63,103 nt of DNA, filler included, from Reticulomyxa filosa (GCA_000512085.1; 23 parts of 23 records of this genome joined end to end with filler, not necessarily neighbours in it), one strand, 5' to 3'. Positions 23,279 to 36,348 are shown, counted from the whole stretch's first letter. Numbers and translations are program-made. The notes: generated by a model not told the origin, from the letters alone.

Positions 23279-25633
23279 TTACAAAGACTCCCACAGCCGG
23301 ATGGTTCCATCATTCGAACATGAAACAAGAAGATTTCCATTTGGTGAAATATCGACTCCTGTTACCCAATTTAGATGTCCTTCTAATTTTTGAATTTCTT
23401 GGCCAGATTTAAAATCCCACAAACGGATAGTTTTATCATATGAACAAGAGACAATTACTTGCCCATCTGCTGAAAATGTTACATTTCTTATTACATCTGA
23501 ATGTCCAGTAAATTCATTTAACTGCTCTCCAGTGCTTACATTCCATATTCGAATTGTTTTATCATATGAACATGAGACAATAAATCTGCTATCCGGAGAA
23601 AATTGGGCTCTCCACACAGGGCCAATATGTCCATTCAAAATTTGTATGCTATCGAACGATATCGCATCCCATATTCTGATTGTTTTATCATGAGACGATG
23701 TCACGATCATTTGACCATCACGTGAAAACTGTACATCATTTACGATAGCGTTATGTGCTTGAAATTGCTGCTGTTTACCAGAATTGATATCCCAAACACT
23801 AATTGAACCATTACTTAAGCTTGATACAAGGGTATTGCTATGTGGTGCAAATTGACATTTTGTCACATCACCATGCGCTTTAAATGTTCTGATTTCTTTT
23901 CCAGAATTGACATCCCATAATCGAATTGTATTATCCTCTGAACATGACACAACCATATCACCTTTTGGTGAAAATTGTGAATCTCGAATAGAGCCTGAAT
24001 GTCCCTTCAAAATTTGGGCTTCTTTTTCAAATTTTAAATCCCATATTCGAACTGTTTGATCAAGGACTGATGAAACAATCTTCGAACCATCTAAGGCAAA
24101 TGCTACACTTGTTGTACCAAATGGATTCCAACGAAATTTTTTCAATAATTTGAAATATTTCATCTATTTATTGATTTGAAAATAATTTTTACTTTTTGAG
24201 AGAAGCGTGAACAAGTGATTTGCCAAAAATTGAACATATACCAAAATATATCGTGCAACAATTTTAGTAAGATCGTCAACCCATTTTTGCTTGACGGATG
24301 ATAATAGGTGCCAACATTCGACTATCCTTTTAATTTCTTGATATCTCTATTTCATTTCAGAGTCAAAGATAAAAACATATTTTCTAACTTATATTACCAA
24401 AAAAAAAAAAAATAAAATAAAAATAAAAAATAATCTTAACTTTTAAGTTTTTTAAGTCGCAGTTTTCTTTCATGTTGTCCATATCTTTTTTCACATTTAT
24501 CATATCCTTTATCTCTGCTTTGTTGTTTAGGTCTTCTATCAGTCTTATTGCATCTTCCATCTCTCTCTTATCCCATTCCAACCACGTATGATTTTCCACG
24601 ATATCCATTATACTGTTTTCCCAATCTACTAACCCTATCCCCACATGAAGTACAGTAGGAATATCTTGTGTGCTCCTTCCTCCAATGATATGCACGCACA
24701 ATTTGCCTTTATCGAATACTGCAGCGGAGTCCATCAATGGAATAGATAAAGGATCTGCAAGTTGGAGCCAGGTGTTGTCTAAAGGTGAATATAGATGCAC
24801 TAGGTCCTGCGCATCGGATAATAAATCACGCCCTCCAAAAAACCAGATGTAACCATCCGCGACTACACATGCATATCTGTCGCAGCCTGTAATTGTGCTG
24901 CACATTTGCAATAGCTGAAAATTTAATTCGTTGCTGTCTTCATTATATTTAATAAATAATCCTGTCTGTTTGCAAAATAACGCCATTATATCATCGTCTA
25001 AAGATAGAAAACAATGATATCTAATACAATTGTCACCGCCTGTTGGAAAAGTACTGTGCTTCACAAATTGGTGGGTATTCAAATTAAATATACTAATATT
25101 CCTTGGAGGATATGTTATAAATAACAATTGCTTGTTGCTTCCGCCAATTACTGCACGCACTCCAATATAATCATCTATATTTCTTCCAATGTAAACTGGT
25201 TTCTTGTTAGCCCCAATGAGAAGGAACCATGCATTCCTCTTTATTGTATCTTTTTTTATGTTCTTTTCTTCTGCGTTTTCCCAAACGCTCATATATTCCA
25301 TTATCAGTGTATGCTTTGTCTTTTTGCTTGGTCCGCCAAAAGACACCAAAAAAATATCGCTTGTGTCGCTCGCATTACTTACTACGCAATGTCCCTGCAA
25401 TATCACATTATCGGGATAAGAGCAGATATATTTGTACTGGTTTTTGAGTGTATGATAGGACCAACACTCTCTTTTATTGTTGCCTCCACAAATTAAAATT
25501 TCGTCTTTGTACATCACACATTGACTTTCGTAAAGTGTTACTGGTAAATTTTCCAAGATTTCAAAGAGAGAGGTTTTAGTACTTCTGCTTCATCGTTTAT
25601 TGACGATGACAGCTCGGGTATAACAAGAGACAT
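23279..25633 (-). CDS. Kelch-like propeller + linker + WD40 propeller protein (one spliced gene, ~700+ aa)
   Basis: Exons ~25556-24441 (Kelch-like), 24346-24242 (RYQEIKRIVECWHLLSSVKQKWVDDLTKIVARYIL) and 24163-23279 (seven WD40 repeats), joined by phase-0 GT-AG introns. The nearest plausible ATG (25633) is out of frame with the Kelch ORF. Confidence 0.8.
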
Positions 25634-26126
25634 TTCAATACAATCAACTGAGTTTTAGCCTTTAACAGCACGGCTAAATGAAATCTATTTGCTTGAAAAG
25701 AGACCAAAGACTATTTTTTTACCACGCGAGCTCTTTTTTTTTTGGAGTGTCGTAAAGAAAATGAAATCAAAAGCTGGAAAAAAAATGAATGCAAGGAAAG
25801 CTCACTTAATCTAGAAATCCATTTTTTTCTCCAAAATTTACTTATTTGTTCTTACTTTACTTCTTTTTCTATGTTTTATTTTTTCCTCTAATTCATTTAT
25901 TTTGTCGGAGTTAACTTGAAAGAGACATTATTTCATTCTTATACACACTTTATCTTGAGCATGCCAACACCTTTACGTTGTAGCAGTAAATTTTAACAAT
26001 TCTCACAATCTTGATTCTTTTTTTTTTACGTGGGCGTTTTTAAAAAACGCAAACAAAGGCTCAGCCCTCTTTCTAAAAAGAAAAAACTGACCCCACTGTC
26101 CTTCCTGATCAAAAATTTGAAATAAA

Positions 26127-27817
26127 ATGCAGAAAGATAGTCAGTCTTATGCAAAAATGGAAGTACAGTCCAACCCGTCATGTTGGGAGGGGATCTTTGG
26201 AGCTCTTTCATCATGTTTTACAAAAAAAGTGGGCTCAATTCAGTTAGGAAAAGGCGCTGAGCAAAGGAAGAGAATGTTGGATTTACGGGAAAACAACATT
26301 ACCAACAACAAAACAAAATAAAACAATAAAAGGATCGAAGGACAAGTCTATGACTTGGTAAAACTGATAGCAGAAGGAGGATTTTCATTTGTATATTTGG
26401 CGACATCACCTCAAGGGCCAAAAGACTACTTTGCAATAAAAAAAATGATCGTCCAAACAGAAGAGCAGCTGTTAGCATCCCAATGGGAAATTGAAGTAAT
26501 TGAATCACTGATGGCAAGTGCACCTCAGAAAGAGTCTCAAGACGAAGCCGTTCACAAAAAAAAAAAGACAAAAAAAGCAAAATCGAGCAAAGAAGAGATG
26601 CCCGTCGCACTTTTGAGCGAAGCTGTTGAAAGTTACGTCTCTCTCTAATATGTATATTTACATACACATACATATGCATATGTGTATAAATGATAATTGT
26701 ATATACATATATATATGTATATATATATATGTGTATGTGGGTGAGAGTGTGTGACAAATAAACAAAAAAAAAGCAACACTCTCATACAATGGACAGCAGT
26801 CGAAGAAAAGAAAGAAGAAAAAAAAGAAGCAAACAATGACAAAGATGACAATGACAATGGCAATGACATTACTAACAATGACAGCAAATATTGTGGATAT
26901 GAGTATATCTTGCCATTATTGAATCATACAATGACAAGACATGAAAAAATCCCAGAGTTTAAAATAGTTTATATGGATTCCATTTTGCGCGCGAGGAAAT
27001 CTCGTCAGCGTTTTGCAAGACATGCGGAAGAGTGGAACTTTTTACATGCCAGAAATTAAAATTTTAACCATTTTCCGAAAAATTTGTATGGCCGTCAATG
27101 TTTTACATTGCCATAATCCTTCATGGGCACATCGAGATATCAAAGTTATGATTGCAAATCTTTCATTACTGTATTGGATGCTGTCTATATTTAAATATGC
27201 ATATATGCATATATGTATATGCGTATACATGTATATATGTGTTTGTGTGTCTTCATGCAGTTGGATAATGTTTTGCTGGGAGATAATGACCACGTGTATT
27301 TGATGGACTTTGGCAGTGTTTCTGAGGCGAGAAAGGAAGTTCATAATCGCAAGACTGCTTGTATGATGATGGAGTGGGCACAATCGCATATGACCGGTGC
27401 TTACACTCCTCCCGAGTTTTTTGACTGCCCTTCCAAGTTCAAATTTGATGAAAGAACTGATGTTTGGGCTCTTGGTTGTTTGTTATATGCCATGGCATTT
27501 GGACAATCTCCTTTTCACTGTGATGATCAAACTGCTTCCTTTGCCTTGGCTGTATTGAGTGGCTCTGTCACTTTTCCAGAACAACATCCGTTACATTTCA
27601 CCTCCTCTTCTACTTTGCTCTTTGCCCTGTGTTCATTATGTATTCCTTTTTTGCTCATAACTCTTTTTTTTTTTGTTGTTGGTGACACAGATATTCTGAA
27701 GAGTTTTGTGGAATAGTCAAGTGGCTGGCCAATCCCAAACTGAAACAAAGACCTTTTGTTCCAGCAGTGATAGATCGTATCAATCACTTGCTAGCTAAAG
27801 AAACGAAAGAAGAATAA
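26127..27817 (+). CDS. NAK-family Ser/Thr kinase, STK16-like
   Basis: IAEGGFSFVYLA, FAIKKM, HRDIK/LDNVLL, LMDFGS, YTPPEFF, DERTDVWALGCLLYAMAFGQSPF. Multi-exon, with a K/N/D-rich insert. Apparent frameshift at ~26972-26980 (IVYM./PFCARGNL). Confidence 0.85.
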
Positions 27818-27882
27818 CACGACAAAAAGCACTAAAAAAATAGTGATAGAATGGAACAAGTTTGGGGAAATATTTGGAAAAT

Positions 27883-28960
27883 TTATTGAGTTTTTTCGTC
27901 TTCTGATCTAACAAACTTTAGTCTTTCCAATAAAACTGAATAATTGTGCCATCTCGTCTTGTTTCTTTTTTTTAAATAAAATCTAATGACAAAAAAAAAC
28001 ACACCAACGAGATTGATACATTCCCTACTCATGAAATCTTGCAACTTTAGTTTCATGATTTTGTGTTTGCAAAATGGGTTGTAGCTCAATGTTTTCATCA
28101 CTGAGATTATCATCAGCATTTGGATTGACTTGACTCGTATTTTTTTCTTGTAAACGCAAACCTTGATCAATTAAGTGGCCAATGCCCAAACTAGGTGTGT
28201 TCGGCAACTTGACATTGTCGTTCTCTCCTACTGATGATAGCTGTATATCGTTTTCCTTAGGACTCAAGACAAGGTTATTAATTTCATGTCTGACATTTTC
28301 GTTCACGGCTGCACTTGGATTGGCTTCATTGTAAACTTCACCCAGTTGTGCTTGCACTTTTATTTGCGGAGTGTTACCGGTATTATTTTTGATACCTATG
28401 TCAGCTACTGTATTGATTCTCCGTGTTCTTGCTGGAATATTAGAATGTCTTTCGTTACATACAAATTTTTGTTAGCGTTATTTGTCTGCACACAACCAAT
28501 GATAAAATAACAACAACAAAAAAAGAATTAAAATGAAGAAATTGAGAGTGAAAAACCTTCGTGTTTGTGCAGGTACTTTGGGCGTAATGATTTGAGATAA
28601 AGCCACATGGGCTCTGGAATTTTCGTCAGCAATAGCATTAACTTTGGCTTTCCACTGCGTTGGATAGACTTCCCGGAAAATATTGACAATATCAATCTCT
28701 TCCAATACATAAAACTCGCACGCGGTCAAGCACTCCACACAATAGTTAGTAGGATGCTTCAATGCTCCACAAAGATCCCCTTCCGACAATTCGCTAATGT
28801 TCGGCTCCAAAATATGCGAAGCTTCTGTAAGCACCATTAGGGATGAGCTTATGCGGTGTGCATGCTGTACTGGCTTTGTATTATGCGCATTCTCAGTCAA
28901 TTCTATTGTCTCTTTTTTCAGGGACCTTATTTTTTTTTTTTTTTTTTTGGTGGACATATT
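27883..28960 (-). CDS. 3' part of a multi-exon gene with a possible degenerate cyclic-nucleotide-binding domain
   Basis: ISELSEGDLCGA...CVECLTACEFYVLEEIDIVNIFREVYP resembles the CNBD pattern L..GD.FG...V.ALT.C.LY.L...D...I...YP, followed by a low-complexity tail. Exon limits uncertain. Confidence 0.4.
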
Positions 28961-30039
28961 GGCACATAAAATTTGGTTTGCACTTTTAGAGGTTCTTTTT
29001 TTTTTTTTTNNNNNNNNNNNNNNNNNNNNNNNNNNNNNNNNNNNNNNNNNNNNTTAATTAATTAANNNNNNNNNNNNNNNNNNNNNNNNNNNNNNNNNNN
29101 NNNNNNNNNAATTACTAAATTATTATTCCAATGATTCTCTTTAAAGTATTTTTTAGAATAAAATCTTGTGCACTTAGAGTTAGAAAAACCTATTACAATA
29201 AATTACAAACCAATATTCTAGTTACATGTAATATGTATTTGTTATCCATACAAAAAAACTTTTGTCATCTTTTTTTGTCTTTTGAAATTAATAAGTTTGT
29301 GTCTTTTTACAACTTCAATAATGGAAAAGAATTATTAATAGATAAAAATGTAAATAATATAAATCCTTTGTAAACTTTGATATAGTGCCGTTTTCCAAAC
29401 AAATAACAGTTGTGAGTAGAATATGTCAACTTGCAAAGACAGATAATAAAATACTTTTTAAAAAAACTCTTGTTGAATCTAAAAAAAGTTGTTTTAATAG
29501 TCTTTTTAGAGAAAAATTTGATATTACTTTGCAGAAGCGAAAATGTTGTGTTTTGGCTGTAATTTTTTAAAATTCATATATTCAACAAAAAATTGGAGTA
29601 TTTTTTGGAAAATCCTAAACAAATACTCAGAACCACTGCAATGATTAGAGAAATACCATATATAGATTGCTTTTCAAGATTTATTTTTTTTTCAAAAAAG
29701 CTGCATCTTTCGTATTATATAACTGTTTTTAGTATTTAATTAACTTGTTGATATTGACATTATCATAAACTTGAAAAAAAAAAATTCGAAAAATCTAGTT
29801 TAAGATTCAATAGTTCCCTTTCATTGATCATCTATATATATCTTCCTGAGAAAAGATAAAGTTAATTTTAGAAAGAAATAGATAAAACAAAGACATCTGC
29901 TACTATCAAAATTGCCGAAACCACAAATACACCAGAAGGTATGTAATAGAATTTTCTTGAAAATAGTTTTGTTAAACAATTATGTTTTCTTAAAAAACTA
30001 AAAATAATAAAAAAAAAAATTATTATTTGCAAATTGATT

Positions 30040-30433
30040 GATTATACATGGTATAATGGAAAAAAATGAAAATGAATGAAATAATGCAATTGCATTAATT
30101 GAAAATGGATGGAATATCATTGAATGTAACATTATTGATTAAAAATGGAATGGCATGTGGATAATACACATAAATAAATGAATGGTGTTGATTATTACAA
30201 TGAAAAAAATGGATATCATTGTCTGAAAATGATGAAATTGAATTGACTGAAAATGGACAGCATGAAATTGATTGAAATGGATAAATAAAATTAATTGAAT
30301 TGATTGAAATAAAAATATTAATTGATAATGAACGAATGTTATTATTGAAATATGAACAAATGAAAATGAATAAATATAGAAGAAATTAATGAATATATAT
30401 TATAAATATATAAATATATATATTTGAAAATAT
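30040..30433. repeat. Degenerate AT-rich short-period repeat tract (AATGAA/ATTGAA/AATGGA)
   Basis: Recurrent 5-9-nt variants with strong A/G bias running to the contig end. Confidence 0.5.
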
Positions 30434-30533
30434 NNNNNNNNNNNNNNNNNNNNNNNNNNNNNNNNNNNNNNNNNNNNTTAATTAATTAANNNNNNNNNNN
30501 NNNNNNNNNNNNNNNNNNNNNNNNNNNNNNNNN

Positions 30534-30572
<39 letters not shown>

Positions 30573-30646
30573 AATACTGTTAAATAATTACATGTCCATT
30601 TTGCTGTATATACATATGTACATATACATATATTTTTATAAGTAGA

Positions 30647-31825
30647 TTATAGATTGTAATGTACATATGGTAGAAGGACTACGAGGGGGAAAAAGAAAAG
30701 CAGAGGAACAATCAAACAGAACGTAAATGTGACGCCATTGGACTGCTCGATCTCAGCCGCAATAGTGTGGAGAACATGATCGGTATGCACATAGGTATGA
30801 CGAGGACTGGCTGGGTCGACAACAGGAGTGGTGGAAATGATTTTGTGAGAGGAACTGGAGGTTATCCCAAATGCGTGGGGCTTATGGTTATTTGATGCTG
30901 TCGTTTCTTTGTCACTCGCATGTGCGAGCACGTTTGCACTTGAATTGGCACGTCTATGGGCGGGCTTGAGCATGCCCAACATTCGTTGGGCTTTCATATC
31001 ACTTCGTTGTTTTATCACCGTTTCATGCTCGTTATTATTGTTATTATTATTATTGTTATTATTATTATTATTATTATTATCATTCGTTTCCTCTTGATCT
31101 TCTTCATTTTCAGTATCGGTGTCAATCTCCGTCTCCGTTTCGGTCTCTGTATCTGTGTCTGCATCCACCTTCTTTGGAGCTTGTGCGATTTTGGAGTGAC
31201 GGACCTCTGCTGATGTTTGTTGTTGCAAGCTTAAATCTCGGGACTCGATTGTTCTTTTGGCAATGTTTCGACGAGATTTTATTCGAAACACTGATTTGCT
31301 TGGGTCGGTATAATGACCACGAAATGCTACTACATTGCTACGGCTATCAGTCGATTCGTGTGGGCTTATACTATCATTCACATTTGCACTTTCTGTGTCT
31401 TTTGTTTTCAATTCTTCCTCATCGTTGTCTGCATCGTTGTCATCTTCGTCATTGCCATCATCCCTATCCTCTTCTTCTTCTTCTTCTTCCATACTTTCTT
31501 CATCGTTATTATCGTCATCTTCTTCTTGTTCGTTTTCTTTGCCTTCTGGTAACAACACTAAGGAGGTTCTCTCTTCTATTGTCTCTCCCCCTTTATTTTC
31601 CTCTTGTCCTTGTCTTTCGGTCCCTGCTGTTTCTTCTTTTGTTCCCGTTTCACTTAGCACACTTTCTTGCTTTGTGTCACTTTGGGTTGACTCTTTTGAA
31701 TTTGATACCAAAGATGTCCCTTCCAATGCTAACAACGATGGCTTCTCATTGCCATGAAAGTATCTTTTTTTTTTTTTTTTTTGTACATGTAGTTTTTCTC
31801 TCTCATCTTCTGCATTTCTAAACAC
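30647..31825 (-). CDS. Hypothetical protein, acidic/Asn-rich disordered region (partial)
   Basis: 392-codon ORF with poly-E/D, (TE)n and poly-N tracts. Both ends run into intron-like sequence. No recognisable domain. Confidence 0.6.
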   Translation of the reverse strand: MFRNAEDEREKLHVQKKKKKRYFHGNEKPSLLALEGTSLVSNSKESTQSDTKQESVLSETGTKEETAGTERQGQEENKGGETIEERTSLVLLPEGKENEQEEDDDNNDEESMEEEEEEEDRDDGNDEDDNDADNDEEELKTKDTESANVNDSISPHESTDSRSNVVAFRGHYTDPSKSVFRIKSRRNIAKRTIESRDLSLQQQTSAEVRHSKIAQAPKKVDADTDTETETETEIDTDTENEEDQEETNDNNNNNNNNNNNNNNNNEHETVIKQRSDMKAQRMLGMLKPAHRRANSSANVLAHASDKETTASNNHKPHAFGITSSSSHKIISTTPVVDPASPRHTYVHTDHVLHTIAAEIEQSNGVTFTFCLIVPLLFFFPLVVLLPYVHYNL

Positions 31826-32137
31826 AAACTTTTTTTTTTGTTAAAACAAAAAAGCGATATTGCGAGCATACCTGATTTTTTTTGCTGTTTTATTCTGCAA
31901 CACTTTTAAAAAATTTAAAATTTTATTTTACAGTTAGGTAGTTGCATTTTTTTTTCCAATGGTTGGATGCCACTGTTGTCTTGTTAATCGTTCAAAAACA
32001 GATTAACAACATTTTTTTAAAATTATGTTGTACTAACTGGTACTTTGCGACAAAAAGTTAAATTATATATCACGCTTTAAAAACAAGAAGCAAGTTGTTT
32101 AAGCATAGCACACTTACAATTTAATTACTAAAATTGA

Positions 32138-32182
32138 TTATTTTATTTTTAAATGAAATAATTTCATTTAAAAATAAAATAA
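32138..32182. repeat. Perfect 22-bp inverted repeat with 1-nt spacer
   Basis: TTATTTTATTTTTAAATGAAAT-A-ATTTCATTTAAAAATAAAATAA, in the intergenic region between divergent genes. Confidence 0.9.
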
Positions 32183-32472
32183 AGTCTAATACAACGCATT
32201 TTATATTCAAGCCCAAGTACTTCAGTGGTAGTATGGGTATATAATATTTGCCATGATATAACATACAGTGGCTTGCAAAAAAAAGCAAACTATAATATTA
32301 CTTTATAAGCTTTCAATAATTGCTTCCCTCCATGTTGTGAAAACGGGAAAAAAGTTTGACTGCATTGTCCATTTTGCTAAAAAAAAAATGTTGTTTACAA
32401 GACACTGCAAACGAAAAATTAGAAGTGAACTTAGTATCGTTCAATTTTTTTTGTTGGGCCCCCTTAATCTAA

Positions 32473-33195
32473 ATGTATTCACTATTACGGCGTTTGTGCA
32501 ATTTACGAAAAGATAGTTTGTTATATGGTGGCTCTTGTAGCCCTTTATTATCCACTAGAAAGTTTAACCAAAGTGGTAAGTGTCATAAGCCACCAGTAAA
32601 AAAAAGAACAACACAGAGAAAGTCCTCGAGACTTCAATATGCGAACTAAAACATGCAAACACTAAGGACAAGACCGAGTGAATTTTCCAGCAGAAGAGGA
32701 GAAAATATTGGAATACTGGAGAGAAATAAAGGCCTTTGAAACGCAGCTGGAAAAATCAAAAGGAAAGAAGCACTACACATTTTACGAGTTAAAATCAAAC
32801 AAGATTATGGACGTGTGGGAGAGAGAGAAGAGGGGAAGAAGAGGGGGGGGACAAAAACAAAACAAAAACAAAAAATTCTTTGAAAACTTGCGACAGTGTT
32901 TGAATGACCACGTTTTACAGCGGTCCTCCGTTTGCAACCGGGAAGCCACGTTACGTAAGAATCTTCTATCATAAAAAAATAAAAAAAAAGGGGGGGAAAA
33001 ATTGACCTTTTCAATGCAATGAACTTTTAAACTTAAAAAAAAAAAAAGATTATGGACACATATTGGCGGGAACGATAAAAGACGTGGTATGTCGATATGC
33101 GACACAAACGGGCCATTATGTGGAAAGACGATTTGGCTGGGACACACATGGATTACCTGTGGAGTATGAAATTGAAAAAGCTCTTCATATCAATG
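32473..33195 (+). CDS. IARS: Isoleucyl-tRNA synthetase (eukaryotic cytosolic type) with putative mitochondrial presequence, 5' part
   Basis: [28 protein letters not shown] (HIGH motif, with introns 32788-32920 and 32950-33048), [15 protein letters not shown]. Upstream exon 32473-32575 encodes [34 protein letters not shown]. Confidence 0.9.
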
Positions 33196-34147
33196 TAAAA
33201 AAAAAAAAAAAAAAANNNNNNNNNNNNNNNNNNNNNNNNNNNNNNNNNNNNNNNNNNNNTTAATTAATTAANNNNNNNNNNNNNNNNNNNNNNNNNNNNN
33301 NNNNNNNNNNNNNNNAATGCTCAGCCTCTATCTTATGATAAACGTATTGTTTTTTATTGACTCCAACTTTTTTAAAATAAAATTCCACGTTCCTTTTTTT
33401 TTTTGAAACTTTGTCTGTGCCAAAGAGAAAACTGGTGATGCAATTTTTATTCATTGTGCATATGTATATTTATTGTTTTGTTTTTTTTTACACACAATAA
33501 CAAAGTGGGAGGGACTAGAAAACAAAAAGAAATGTATCTGCTTACATTTTTTTTTATTTGTAAATTTAAAAGTCTCATTTTTGTTGCTTTATTTATTTTT
33601 CTTTTTTATGTTTCGTTTTTAATAAAAGAACATCGCTTGTTCATAATTATTTTTAAAAGGAGAAAATAACTCGGCCTCTAATCTGATCAAAAAATAACTT
33701 TTCTTTATCTGGCTGGCTGATCAATACTCCAATGCGAAATTTTGTGAAAAAAAAAATGGAAAATAACCATTGTGTTATTTTTCGATAAATTCTCATTTTT
33801 ACTTCATTCATCAAATATGTTCGTCTTTTACACAAAAAATATTTAAAAAAGATTCAATGAAATAATAACCCTTTAAAACAAACAAAATAAAATCCTGGTA
33901 ATAGTATACTAGCATTTAAGATAGGCATTGTATTTTTCATATTAATGCAGACGTGATATCATCTCATTAGAAAAAAATTCGTGCTGCGTTTGCTCACTAA
34001 ACATTTGTGCTTTCACGTAATGACGATATTATGTTTTTATTTTACTTTTACGACTTGAAACACGACGTTGGAAACCGGTTTGGTGGGAAAGGAAAACATA
34101 TTTTCTAAGGAAGTTTTCAATTTCTGATTTCAAGTAATAGTATCAAC

Positions 34148-34810
34148 ATGAGTGGCAAAAAAGAAAAAAAAGAGAAAATTCCGGATCCAAAAGGACCATT
34201 GATTGCTTGTGACTGGGAAAATCAACCTTCTCCTTATTATACAGAGCGTCACAAAAGGTTCCGCAAGTACGTACGAGCATTTGTCGAAAAGGAGGTAGCG
34301 CCATACCTTGACAAATGGGAAGCACAGCAAGACATCCCAAAGGAATTTTACAAGAAAGCCTATGATTATGGACTTTACGCCAGTTGATTAAATTTTTTTT
34401 TTTTTTTGAAGATAGGGTGTAAAATGGAAATTAAAACTATATAGCATTGTAATTGCCTTTTTTTTAAAAAAATAACGGACAGCATTTTATCCAAAGATTC
34501 TGGGTGGGACTCCTTTTGAGCCAGAACCAGGCGTCGAAGAAGAAGAAAAATTGATCTTGAGTAGAAAAAAAGAACATCGAATGGATGCATTCTCAACAGT
34601 TTGTCTGTGTGATTTTATTTACATGTGCATCACAAAAGCAAAAAAAAAAAACAAACCTTTTTTGCAAAAAAAAAAAAAAAAAAAAAAAAGATAATTATGT
34701 ATGAAGAGTTATGCCGAGCAGGAAGTGCAGGCTTTGTAAGTGCTGGATGGATCCATTACATTGGCGCAGGACCAGTAGTAATATTTGGAAATGAACGTCT
34801 GAGGTTACGT
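34148..34810 (+). CDS. Acyl-CoA dehydrogenase, 5' part
   Basis: SPYYTERHKRFRKYVRAFVEKEVAPYLDKWE...YKKAYDYGL and EELCRAGSAG...GPVVIFGNE match the ACAD N-terminal domain. Multi-exon; runs off the contig. Confidence 0.85.
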
Positions 34811-35004
34811 TAATTCTTTAGTTTTTTTTTTTTTTGGAATTTTTTTTCTTTTTTCCAAAAAGAAAAATCTTTTTTTTTCCACTTCAAAAAAAAAAAAAAA
34901 AAAANNNNNNNNNNNNNNNNNNNNNNNNNNNNNNNNNNNNNNNNNNNNTTAATTAATTAANNNNNNNNNNNNNNNNNNNNNNNNNNNNNNNNNNNNNNNN
35001 NNNN

Positions 35005-36197
35005 CACAAGATATTTTTGAATGAGAGCAAATGAAGCTTCCAAACATCTTTCAATACATTGACACCTCGATAATTTTTATTGATCACGTCAGATGCTTCA
35101 AGTCCGTCCAAATTCACCAAGTTTTTAAAGAGTACTTGGTGGTATCACCAATTTGATTTACAATGTAATCTTTTGGATCAACGACGACAATGGTGTCTGC
35201 CTCCCCTTTGGTCTCCTCATTTTCGGCCACTTCCTAGTCAATTTTTGCTTCCTTTTTGCCAGATATTCGGTTCCTGGCTCGACTATTGGCATCCTTCTTA
35301 TCTGCAGTTACTTGTTCCATGAGCTGTCCCATCAAGTCATCGTCTTGTCTTGTTCCAACGCCGACTTTTCCTCCTCTCGAATGGCGCTAATGAATCCTAC
35401 CAATTTGTCGCACAGTTTGATACGAGACATGGATTCCAATATGGTAGCGATAGAACAAGGCATGGACCGTGTCCAAATGCGTGCAGCTCTAAATGCAATG
35501 ATGGAAATGTTGATGGACAACACACACTTTTTCAACACTTGAGTCGCGTACTTACGCAAGCAAAGCTCTTGTGTTGGATCACTTGTACAAGTATATTTAT
35601 CCATTCATATACTTCCGATGGGATCTCTTTCGTTTGCAAATAATTGGGTGCGTAGTTATTCAGCAAAGATGTTCCAAAGCTGATCATTGCACCCGGGCCA
35701 AGTTTTTTCTCTCCGACGATCAACAGCAATTCAAACAGTGCTTTCCAATCGAACACGTCTCATCAATCCAAAAATAGGTTGGGTTTGTGCACCGGATCAA
35801 TAATAAAACATCTTCCTCAAAATAAAGCGAACAAGAGTCAGTCACAAGTGTTGTTTTCAATTTGTGTATGTGTGATGTGATAAAAATCCATACATTCCCT
35901 TTTCACACTTTTTTTTTATAACAAAACTTCAACAAAAGTCCATCCAAGTTCGACGATTCAGCACATTCTTAACCACGTGTATAATGGTAAGTGTCATTGA
36001 CTCTTCCACCACTTTGATTTTTCTCTTTTCTCCGTCGATCGTGTATATGGATATTCTCGATAGAATAGATCAGATTAACAATTTGGTTGACCGAGCCGGA
36101 ATTGTTCGGATAAAATTTCTTGGCAAAGTTGGTCGACCATTGTTTAATGTGGCTGTTTTCGATTTGCTCGTCTGCGTTGATTTCGATAGTCGACTTG
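35005..36197 (-). pseudogene. Frameshifted coding-like sequence of unknown family
   Basis: Overlapping short minus-strand ORFs (35532-35756, 35332-35604) with coding-like composition, linked only by frame changes. Confidence 0.35.
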
Positions 36198-36297
36198 NNN
36201 NNNNNNNNNNNNNNNNNNNNNNNNNNNNNNNNNNNNNNNNNTTAATTAATTAANNNNNNNNNNNNNNNNNNNNNNNNNNNNNNNNNNNNNNNNNNNN

Positions 36298-36348
<51 letters not shown>

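Noticed and set aside
30909-31821. Plus-strand ORFs rich in Leu/Ile/Ser/Phe
   Set aside because: Antisense shadows of the low-complexity minus-strand ORF.
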